Source: a bacterium (lineage in GTDB: Bacteria; Bacteroidota; Ignavibacteria; UBA10030). Taken from it: a stretch of 64,000 nucleotides of DNA. A program made the translations under genes and the position numbers. Within the stretch, counting starts at the first letter, position 1; each line of letters opens with the position of its first letter. The notes beneath the pieces were generated by a model. That model searched no databases. It was given only the letters and a program-made list of their open reading frames with translations, and had not been told where the DNA came from. This document shows, piece by piece, positions 49,001 through 55,200 of this stretch. The DNA is taken from NCBI GenBank assembly GCA_043803945.1, contig JAZDJN010000101.1, positions 12,790 through 76,789 of the forward strand, given 5' to 3'.

Positions 49001-49053
49001 ATGCACAGAAGCAGAAGAACCGGCAACAGGATATGTTTATTGATTTTTGTCAT
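37099..49053 (-). CDS. Giant DUF11-repeat protein (about 24 DUF11 domains, Big-1-like, carboxypeptidase-regulatory-like and SdrD-B-like domains, two OmpA-like peptidoglycan-binding domains)
   Basis: Signal peptide; ~120-aa repeats K-T-x-S...PGD..TYTI.V.NTG...D.LP...GT.ITNTA; IIGKVFFDRNRN; OmpA_C motifs GHTD..LSDGRA..GYGETRP..NRRVE and GHTD..LSMARA..GFGSKRP..NRRVE. Confidence 0.9.
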   Translation of the reverse strand: MTKINKHILLPVLLLLCMVSSNVVFSQTAAGTQIDNICTVQYSTISGVNLTAQSNIASVFVATVHNLSVQKQSSMSTATTNDFITYTITVKNGGNGVESNVPVVDTVPVELVVVSAPGATISGNTVTWSVASLAQNATSTYSLTARMKGGIAVGTIVSNSVQVTDNAGTTYSALATFSALTPLVPVFSVSKTASVNNPMPGDALTYTIAVKNTGPIEVTQLVVSDPLPAQLQLTSAAGATISGNTATWNVGTLAVGATTTLSVQATVLSSVAAGTTITNTATGKDSTNLNISSSAAVTVSAPPTPVFTISKTASVNNPLPGDAVTFTITVKNTGTVAVNQLTVVDVVPAQFSLTSAAGATITGNTATWNLGTLAVGATSTLTIQASVLTSVAGGTIITNTATATDDNNISVSSSTSISTATPASPLFTISKTASVNNPLPGDAIAYTITVKNTGSVAVNQLTVVDSLPAQLSLTSAFGATVSGNTATWNIGTLAVGATSTVTVQATVLSSVAGGTTITNTASATDVNNTSLNASVDITTVTAGTTTFTVSKTVSINNPLPGDTVTYAIVVRNTGTNPVIQVAVIDLLPVELQLVSASGATIAGNKAAWNIDTLAVGASRSFAIQAAVLSSVAGGTTITNTATATDVNNVSVSSSASLTTQTPPLPVFTVSKTVSVSNPMLGDTIVYTIVTKNTGSVPVNQLTIVDALPSGLQMISAAGATVSGTTATWNLGTLAVGATSTLTIEAKVLSSVAGGITITNTATATDINNTTVSSSADVTTQTPPAPVFTVSKTVSVNNPMPGDAVVYTIVVKNTGSVPVNQLTVVDTIPATMQLQTAAGATISGSIATWNLGTLAVGATSTLSIQATVLASIAGGTTILNTATATDVNNTTVSSSASAITQTPPSPVFTISKTASVNNPLPGDALTYTITIKNTGSVSVNQLTLVDALPAELQLTSATGATISGNTATWNLGTLAVGATTTQTVQATVISSVAGGKTITNTATASDVNNISVSSSASVTTQTPPSPVFTINKTASVNNPLPGDTVLYSITVKNTGSVAIIQLNVVDALPAQLQLVSAAGATIAGNTATWNLGTVAVGTTISLQLNAKVLTSVAGNTTIQNTANATDAAGTTVSASASIITITPGSTAFTLSKTASISNPLPGDTLTYTITAKNTGTLAVNQLTIVDVVPAQLQLIAASGATIAGSTVTWNVGTLAIGVGSTLTLRASVLSTVAGGTSITNTATATDVNNTSVSSSATVITQTPPSPVFAVSKTSSVTNPVAGDTITYSIVVRNTGSVPVIQVVVTDAVPSGMQLVSASGSTISGNTATWNLGSMAVGAVQTLTLKASILSTVTPGTSITNTVSVKNVNNTTVSSSASIVTITLPFRSFTLNKVASSSTVLPGDDVTYNLILRNNGTANLSQLTVVDSLPAQLILQNAVGAVVSGNKATWTVSSLGVGATTTLQVSARIQAGTPSETSITNMASAKDNTGLTQTASAQITVGTTPPPPKPLLSIKKLVSKSSAVGGENVEFRIAIQNIGSAPLSNVVIVDTVSSKFTTVTSAKGTVTPAGTAALVKYTISNLPIGSIDTLKIQASVSLSITNTEVVENTAYGSSSDTSPIQSKVSLQVKPFVPVTQMRLTKQASIDTVNASDTYSYLIRVENIGNIPLTKISLADTLNAALIAPVFVSNNARIAGNLILYTRDTLRINQSDSVSVTVRVLTENTSGKTITNVAYAGASGLSGMIPSNTVKVATRIVVPPPTPKLSIQKTVSPDTTIGGGTVTFRVIVANTGTVTAKGVIVSDTLNALLTSVKASQKVMLNGNVVTYQLDSLQAGKQDTIVVTANLSLSVASGQIVRNTAYAGAQQVTPVSSSAAVRTIAAQPSFTITKVATPSNPKAGEEVFFSINVINTGNVPLTNIVVVDSLSSMLLNSRASTFSANSKKTSDASELQQFVIDNLAVGATSSISIIARVSPDLNDGQLILNTVYAKPNETGMKSATTTITVSAKRGMAFRKQVLPVEARKGDTVTYTLKVQNTGELPLATVRVSDVLPVGLAFLSATGNPQVSGANISWIKDTVRVGADETYLILAVVTTSENTTLVNNATAGASLIQGQSAQASLLIKNVQYKLELTKKASQDTVDIGGLYFYTIRLTNKGWAPLTGISVLDTLPSQYIDLLSDAGTAGQREQIVTYSKELLNPGESFQFEIPVRVLPTVKENQTIINDVWASANELVAPSTDNGTSLAGYIWYEAEAIVYIRGTSTGSGTHPQIALRKSVSKDSVDLSGTVLYTIILENTGDLTLKNITLVDTLSSKLRSVAVFPGAQVNNNIITYLRDSLRVGQRDTLFIQAQVDSSVTANQQVSNTAFAGARELGGEWKRSTAVFVTKKQGGGVVLVPQLSISKSVSLDTVELGGTVLYTIILENTGDLTLKNVELVDTLSSKLRSVAVFPGAQVDNNIITYRRDSLKVGQRDTLFIQAQVDSSVAANQQVSNTAYAGARELGSELKRSTAIFVTKKQGGGVVLVPQLAISKSVSLDTVELGGTLRYTIVLHNTGEVKLTNISFVDTLAAEILGVSVSQNAALANNIVTYQLDSLSVGKRDTVFIDARLKQDAPVNTRILNTVTAQAKELPGEVRRAQAIFITRKPTGGSGSGDDLEVWKYAEREVVTVGENANYRIIFQNKSDHTIYNVSILDTLKAPLVPVSVSNNAALANNIIAARRDSMLSLQRDTIFVVATVPSDRPHNEQIPNIAYGYIDTTRADTGRAVIWTRAIVVDKSCAIHLRVTPLLVIGNGIQAASIEAFVADTLGNPKPDGSIVHFKTDIGFYSNGLDSMAVPTKNGYAIDSLRALISSNSIVTAKAVVSVSESDLCNASSSIDIVFYPGAIAGEIMDNETEQPVEGALVEVFTSTGQFVGSQITLQDGHYMIPVPKTDNYRVVITVLDRFGVPVPVRSIVRVEVPGTGGHPPVLNRSFISGKVYFIVSGQPVAGQYIKVYLHRIVDQRPAKVPSALEYSTLLDSTITDTLGMYLFGDLPQGKYEISIHDGLLEGTVRTSLPDSGHYVLNVNIPIILNPEVAFVKNGPAEANAKDTVTYSVSLTNIGRIATTNTIVVDSLDRRMRFISATNGGGYDSLNHRVVWSIGKLDSVGGAANKFSASVTVRFADSLKGLLTLVNRAVVTSNEAYPMTSIVNTKVLVPELQIVKIALKKMVEVGDIVTYQIRVTNRTTGLTLTDVQVADRIPFGFRYVENSAYRGTVKLPEPTGTRELRFLVADSIAPNETIEFMYRLVVGAGGIESDGINTATAFANALNKVIVSSASAVEQVQIQRGLFTERGVIIGKVFFDRNRNAHQDFGEVGIKGVELITEGGIRIVTGDDGKYSIPDIEPGEHVIMVRKASLPKFSNLIVGYNEFAGDPASRFVKLPASGIARADFYLEDLTPTIVWEPVFLRKTVAASGELTIRRIAEPQNLVFTQEERLPDLTLSGLNFEVGKAVLKPAAFSLLNQLGKQLRENARTRVVISGHTDWSPINTKEFKNNFELSDGRANAAKNYLVNVLGCTPEQITTRGYGETRPIASNTTVQGRANNRRVEFDIQTEQERVQNLDTLSVTIQLPISYRGSASISKIEIQDQLDKGYQFVEGSGKLNGTPLKASVQDQSVVWSIEGIGRSFKKTLEYKLNVVTPRSDRVTLKSRTQKVTYWIGNDAVTITDTLVTRTETAIGIRSRNSNYVLSGILFNEAQSAIIDTNITALKIASIMLTQDRKAQVIIEGHTDSREAGEKGESAAMSLSMARAHTVAKYLRSSYGINPEKIKPMGFGSKRPVAANSTPVGRQSNRRVEMRILRNIFVNGVFAEGGIDSTGVASRRLVPKAGRDQFDSTMTVSKGQRLFMHLELNRSAATMAEQTVVVDSLAKGLQLVPNSIYKLKGVADVTTVGNTLTIQCGSEETTVLLFEVEVTDEVAAKGSLISRMTIQRQQKTGEKRQEDAQPFMLQVKTQ

Positions 49054-49066
49054 TTATTTCTAGGCC

Positions 49067-49093
49067 CGGAGTCGGGCAGCAAGCCCGGCTCCG
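49067..49093 (-). terminator. GC-rich stem-loop after the putative major subunit gene (mRNA stabiliser or partial terminator)
   Basis: cggagtcgggc-agcaa-gcccggctccg, about an 11-bp stem, with no U-tract. Confidence 0.55.
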
Positions 49094-49107
49094 AACATTA
49101 CAAATAA

Positions 49108-50856
49108 CTACTTCACAGTTACTTGAAACTTAAACCATACTTGTGTGCTAGCTGTCGTTGGGCCAGCTAGAGGGTTTTTTAGTGTAACCACAAGGTTTGG
49201 AGTGCTCCAAGTTACATCCGCATCAGCATTCGTTGTGGCTCCAGCAACAAACGCTGGGAAGGATACCCAGGCTGAGCCGCCATCTATTGAACTCTGAAAA
49301 GTTCCTGATGTTGTAATGAAATCAACGTACCCCGTTGGTACTGCGTCATTGATCGCTACTACGTATGCAGGCGCATGTCCAGTGTTTTGAATTTTGATTG
49401 TATATGTAATAACATCACCAGGTAATGGATTTGCTGGTGAAGCAATCTTTCCTACTACGAGCAGCGCCTTTAACGGTGTGGTAACACCTGTTACCGCCTG
49501 TGTCTGCGTTCCCGTTTGGGCTGTACCAGTCCAGGTAATAGTCACAGGTGTAAAATCTGTCGCACCGAATGGGATGTATGGAGCTACCCAAAACTCAACC
49601 GTACCACCACCTGAAGCCGGAACAGTGACAGTTACATTACCACTGTTATTGATCCAGGTGAACTTAGCGGCATTCGTTGAATCCAGGGTTGTTTGGGCAC
49701 CTACAGGAGACCAGTTCGACATCCACCAAGTGCCATCGTTTGAAATGACGACGTTGGTTGCTGCACTACGGTTGTTTGAGAGCACAACCCGATACACAAC
49801 ACCTGCCGAAACCTCATTGGAAGCGCTCGCTGTTCCAGCGAGTGATCCCTGGAGAGTACCGCTATAGTACGCCTGTATTTGCATCGTAAATCCACGCGAT
49901 GTCCACGCGGCGGTGGCGTCAACAGTAGGAGATTCAGCTCTAGTATGTTGAGTGCTCTGATTTGAATATGTTGCTGCAGTAGTGTAGTTAACTGCCGATC
50001 CATCACCAGCAGAGACCGTACCGGTAAATGTTAATGTTACCGAAGCACCCACTCCTAAACTTGGAATAGTCCAGGTTCCACCACTATAAGTTCCATTTAT
50101 TGAGCTAACTGAGGTAAGACCTGTAACCGTTAAAGGAATAGTAGTATTTCCATACGTGGCTTTGTCGCCATTATTCGTGTAGGTTACTGTATAGGTGATC
50201 TGTTCACCAGGAACCGGATTTGCCTCTGAGGTTGTCTGCCCAGTGACCGCGAGAATTGCCCGATCAATTGTAATATGATCGGTTCGTGGAGCTGGATTAT
50301 TACCATCACCAGTCTTTGCAGTAAAGTCGATTTGATTATCATCACTAATAGTAACACCAGCAGGAACAGTAACGACGGCCCAGATCTTTGTCGTGACATC
50401 AGAAGTTTGCTGATTTCCCCCCACTGTCTGTGCAATTGCTACAACATTGCCACCACCACCTAATAGTGGCTCCGTACCAGCAAATGGAACTACTCCGTTA
50501 GCATAGTAGTAGGTTATCGTCCAAGGACTACCCATTGATTGCACGGCTGTGATGGCGATATTATCATCATCATTCCCAGTATTCGTGACATTGATTGGGA
50601 TGGCGATGGTCTCATTGCCGTATGATGAATATGTAGCACCGGCATCGACTGAGACTCCGTATTTATGACCAACGGTTACGGAAATTGAAGCGACCTCGTT
50701 GGCGTAACTATTGAGTCCTGTAACATCTTTATAAGAAACCGTAGCTGTATTCATAATCACGGTTCCAGCCTTAGTTCCAGATGCTACAAGTGTATGTGTT
50801 GAGAATACGAGCAGTAAGGCAAGTATTCCTAACAGCAGAACATTTGAGTGTTTCAT
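49108..50856 (-). CDS. DUF11-domain secreted protein, putative major filament subunit (582 aa)
   Basis: Start reassigned to MKHSNVLLLGILALLLVFSTHTLVA (GGAG 7 nt upstream, signal peptide). The mature N-terminus is SGTKAGTVIMNTATVSY and the C-terminal DUF11 ends abruptly at FKFQVTVK. Confidence 0.85.
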   Translation of the reverse strand: MKHSNVLLLGILALLLVFSTHTLVASGTKAGTVIMNTATVSYKDVTGLNSYANEVASISVTVGHKYGVSVDAGATYSSYGNETIAIPINVTNTGNDDDNIAITAVQSMGSPWTITYYYANGVVPFAGTEPLLGGGGNVVAIAQTVGGNQQTSDVTTKIWAVVTVPAGVTISDDNQIDFTAKTGDGNNPAPRTDHITIDRAILAVTGQTTSEANPVPGEQITYTVTYTNNGDKATYGNTTIPLTVTGLTSVSSINGTYSGGTWTIPSLGVGASVTLTFTGTVSAGDGSAVNYTTAATYSNQSTQHTRAESPTVDATAAWTSRGFTMQIQAYYSGTLQGSLAGTASASNEVSAGVVYRVVLSNNRSAATNVVISNDGTWWMSNWSPVGAQTTLDSTNAAKFTWINNSGNVTVTVPASGGGTVEFWVAPYIPFGATDFTPVTITWTGTAQTGTQTQAVTGVTTPLKALLVVGKIASPANPLPGDVITYTIKIQNTGHAPAYVVAINDAVPTGYVDFITTSGTFQSSIDGGSAWVSFPAFVAGATTNADADVTWSTPNLVVTLKNPLAGPTTASTQVWFKFQVTVK

Positions 50857-51104
50857 AGTGAACTCCATTTGTGAAAAAGTTGAATTATGATTTATTGTTG
50901 TACTGTAATTCTGTTGAACATTGTGGTGCTTGTTACTCTCAATTCTATCCCTGATCGGTGGTGAAGAATCAGTGAATAGAGCTATGAACATTGGACCTGG
51001 AGATCGAGCTCTGTTGATCGGTGATCGCCTCGCTTGCATGATGATTGGTTCCATAATTGTTCTCCTTATATTTTTGTGTGATTAAGAAAAAGGATTACTG
51101 GTTC

Positions 51105-52235
51105 TCAGAAAATTACTTTATACCGCACGGTTCGTTCTTCCCCGGGGTTGATGATCGATTTAAAAGCCCATTGAATTTCTTTCACTGGCTCACGAGCAGG
51201 AGGGGCTGCTGCAGCGCGTATGAGCTTCACCTCCCCGCCTCCATTTTCCAAACTTCTCTCAATGAGCTTAGCCCCTTGCGGCAATGGATTTGAGACCGTG
51301 ATGTTGGAAGCCCCTGCTGATCCAATATTATGATATCGGAGCGTATAGGTTACAGTGTCTCCACCCTTGATTACTTCCTTACTTGCATTCAGACTTACTA
51401 CGATCTTCGGATCCGCCTTCCCCGACACTGCAAAGGCTTGCATAAGATTCGCTTGAGTAGTGACATGCTCTTTCGTTGATACTGTCGTCGCAGCGATTGA
51501 AAATTCCAATGCAGAAACAAGTGCATTGGCTTTAATTTCTTTCCCAGTACTGGAGACATTAAATGAAGCCCCTTGAATCTGAAGGTGTCCTCCTCCCTCG
51601 GCTTTCAGAACCATGACCGGATTCAATCGAAGTGTTGTATCATTAGAGGCAATCGTTATAACTTTCTCATCCCCTTTCAACACTCCAGTTGATTTTCCCA
51701 TAAACTTCAAATTCAAGTTCAATGGAGTTTTTGATTGAACAGAAAAGTTAAAAAACATTTTTTTCCCTGAGGGAGCATTCTGATCCGATTTCAAACCGAT
51801 CTCTCGAATCAATATGAAATCATAACCGGGGGTCTTCACAGCAAAACCTGAACGCAGAGAGGTTGGAGATGATTTTGTCTCCTTCGCAATTTTCTTCCAT
51901 GAATCTATCTCTTTTCCAAAATATTCATCAAGAGTGACATTCTTGATGAGAGCGTTCGATGCTCCATCACGCAACTCCAATACAGTGACTGATCCTAAGC
52001 GTTGGGAATCCTCTTTAAAAAGAATTCCGAAGCGGCCTGATTGGCTTTTCGGAAGGAGATCATCAAGTTTTCCCATCGCTACTGGGACGAAATCGCCATC
52101 AGCGATCCCTTGTAAGGTAATGGGAGCAGTTATTTTATATTGAGGGAGTTTCCACTCAATCGATCTCTGCGCTTGAGAGATTGATGCGAACATCGTAAGC
52201 GCAAGCAACACAACAAATATTTTAATACGTACCAT
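51105..52235 (-). CDS. Exported protein with a single degenerate C-terminal DUF11 domain (putative chaperone)
   Basis: Signal peptide; Lys-rich rather than Thr/Ser-rich; GDTVTYTLRYHNIG..VSNPLP..PGEERTVRYKVIF. Confidence 0.8.
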   Translation of the reverse strand: MVRIKIFVVLLALTMFASISQAQRSIEWKLPQYKITAPITLQGIADGDFVPVAMGKLDDLLPKSQSGRFGILFKEDSQRLGSVTVLELRDGASNALIKNVTLDEYFGKEIDSWKKIAKETKSSPTSLRSGFAVKTPGYDFILIREIGLKSDQNAPSGKKMFFNFSVQSKTPLNLNLKFMGKSTGVLKGDEKVITIASNDTTLRLNPVMVLKAEGGGHLQIQGASFNVSSTGKEIKANALVSALEFSIAATTVSTKEHVTTQANLMQAFAVSGKADPKIVVSLNASKEVIKGGDTVTYTLRYHNIGSAGASNITVSNPLPQGAKLIERSLENGGGEVKLIRAAAAPPAREPVKEIQWAFKSIINPGEERTVRYKVIF

Positions 52236-52261
52236 AAGAATACCTCCATTTATTAGTTATA

Positions 52262-55200
52262 CTAACGCACCTGATATTTATAAGTAATGGCTTTAGTCTG
52301 ACCAACATTTACCGTTGTTAGACTAATTGTAACTTGAGTTTCTGTAATCGTCACAACTCCACCAGAATCTGGTTGCGACACAGCATCGATCGTGATACTG
52401 GCTGGCACATATGTCACTGTCCCCGGAATGATATCGACAAAGGACACAAATCCAGCGGTCGCTCCACCATAATTATAGACTGTTACTGTATAGGTCACTT
52501 GGTCCCCAGGAAGGGGTGTTGAATTATTGGCCGTCTTTGCTATTGTCAATCTCGGCCTTGCTATAATTTTCGTCTTCGTCGTGTCACTCCGCGTCCAACT
52601 GCTCTGATGCGCGGCTTTAATGGATGACCAGTTAACGAACGAATCGACTGTGGAGGAATAAGCAGTCATGGTAACGCTTCCACTGCTCGGATTCAGTGTG
52701 CCGAGGTTCCACTCAACGGCCTGTCCGGTATTGGTACCGCCGCCGCTGCTCGCGATGTAGGTTAATCCTGACTGCAGTGTATCACGCAGAAGCATGTTGC
52801 TGAAGAAGGCATTTCCAGTCAACGAATAATTGATCGTATAAGTAATCGTATCTCTCGGTGTCGGCAAGCCATGCAATTCACCAAGCGCTGACGCTGACTT
52901 TGTAATCGTCAGTGTCGATGATCCAACAATCTGCGTCAATGTTGAATCGCGATAACTGCCGCCATTATTGGAAGAACCGATTGCTTTATTATAGATGTCT
53001 GTCGTACCTACCGGCATTGGATTATTCACTGTCACCTGGAAGGTGAAGACAAAACTCGTATCACCTGCTTGAATTGACGATGGTGTGGCACTGATCACTG
53101 TATTGTCTGGTGAATTAATAGTTGCACTACCCGTAAGCGAACTGGCAACATATGTTGTGTAATTTGGAATCGTATCATAAATCGCTATCGTCGTTAATGT
53201 GTCCGTGCCAATATTTCCGTACTTAATCGTGTAGGTAATCGTCGAGCCCGGTGTGTTGCCAGTCGCCGAAGCGGTCTTCCGTATCCATAACCGAGGTGCG
53301 GAGTACACAGTGGTCTGCACGACGTTGCTGTTATGCATGTTTGTAAGCTTGGCCGTGATCACATGCGCAGTGTCTTTGATGATAGAATTGTTATCAATAT
53401 TGCCGATGACCCGTAACTGAAATTCCACCGTTTTTGATGTACTCGACGTCACGGTTCCAACATTCAATCCAGTTACAACCGGAGAATTCCCACCGATATC
53501 ACTTTGCAGCACGTTATTCACTTTTGTGGTGTTCGGGATGTACGCCAGTGTCGAAGGAACCCAATCAGTGATATAGGTCGAGTCGGCCGCAACGATGGTT
53601 GAGTTCGAGATCACGATCGAATACTTCATCGTATTGCCGGCATAGATGGTCGTGCTATCAACCGACTTCACGACTGCAAGCTGCGGATAGAGAACATTCG
53701 TTAATGCTGTGTTCGATGTGAGAGCAGAAATTCCGTTCGAATAGATCACAGCCCGATTTTGAAGCTGCGAAACACTATTGAGCGTCATCGGCTTTGGCAG
53801 ACGAACCTTCAGAATAACAGAATCCGTCGCACCTACCGCAACCGATCCGAGGCTCGTACTATCCCATTTCACCACAATGCCTGAGAATATGCCGCTGCGG
53901 TTTGCGCTGACAAAGAGTGTCGATGAGGGAATCGTATCTTTAATAGAGACACCGTATGCTCTTGCGCTGCCGGTGTTGGTGTATTTCAAGGTATAGATAA
54001 GAGTGTCCGCTGGGCCGACACTTGTCACATTCACACTCTTCACCAGTGTTAAATGCGGAATATTTGCCACCGTATCACGAGCAAAGGACGAGAGATTCGT
54101 CGCTTCATCATTCGTAAGACGAGCGGTATTGGTAATAACGGTATCATTCGGTGCACCGCTGTCGATGGTAACTTTAAAAGTCACGCTCCCGTTTGAGTTG
54201 GCATTGACGGTTCCAAGACTCCAGACCACTCTCCCTCGCGGCGAAGGAGTAGCAAGGAAACTTCCACCGCCCGTTGCAGAACCCGCTACATACGTCATGC
54301 GACCGGGAATCGTGTCGGTAATAATCGTGTTCGTTGAAGCAGCAACACCCGGTGCATTGGAATAACTGATCGTATAGGTCAACTCTGTACCAACAGGCGC
54401 CTTCGTTACGTTCACACTCTTGTTTAACGTCATGCTGGGCGGCGATTGAATCACGGTAGCGACGGTATTGGTATAGGTCGCCGGCGTCGTATTTAATGCA
54501 CCTTTATTTGGAATCGTCACATTGGCGGTAATAACTCTCGCCTTAATCGTAATGGCAATGGAAGTACCATTTGGAATATTCGTTCTCTGCCAACTCAATG
54601 CCTGGCCATTCTGAGTGAAGGTCATGCTCCCATCGTTGGATTGCGATACGAATGTGAGGTACGTGGAGAGTGTATCGACAATCGTTCTGGTAATATTTCC
54701 ACCGGTATTGTTGACATAGTTCAGTGTATAAGTCAGTGTGTCGTTCTGGAATCCCGTGGTCTTCTCGACCGTCTTGTTGATTGACTCAATGCCTGAAGCG
54801 ATCGTAATGGGCAGCGTGGTGGCGACAGTGTCTTGAAGGGCGCTCACAAGGACACCGCGTGCTACGGCCGTATTCGTGTATGTCGCATTTCCCAGCGCTA
54901 CCTTTGCTCGGAAGATCAAGGAGTCTTTGACACCAGGATTAATTGACTTGGCGGGTGAGAATCTCCACCGGACAGTACCCGTTGCACCCGCTATCGGTGA
55001 TGACGTTGGCGACAATGATCCGCCTGTCGTACTGACATAGCCGAAACCGCTTGGGAAGATATCAACGAGCGTATCGAGCGTCGCAGCATAGTAACCGGTG
55101 TTATGAAGAACGAAGGTAAATGTCGCCGTATCGCCAGCCGCATAGATCGATTTATTGGATTTCTTTGTCAACGCTACGACCGGGATCGCTGTCACATAGA

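Noticed and set aside
50857-51054. 66-aa N-terminal extension of the 648-aa ORF
   Set aside because: The signal peptide and RBS lie at ATG 50856; the extension is probably untranslated.
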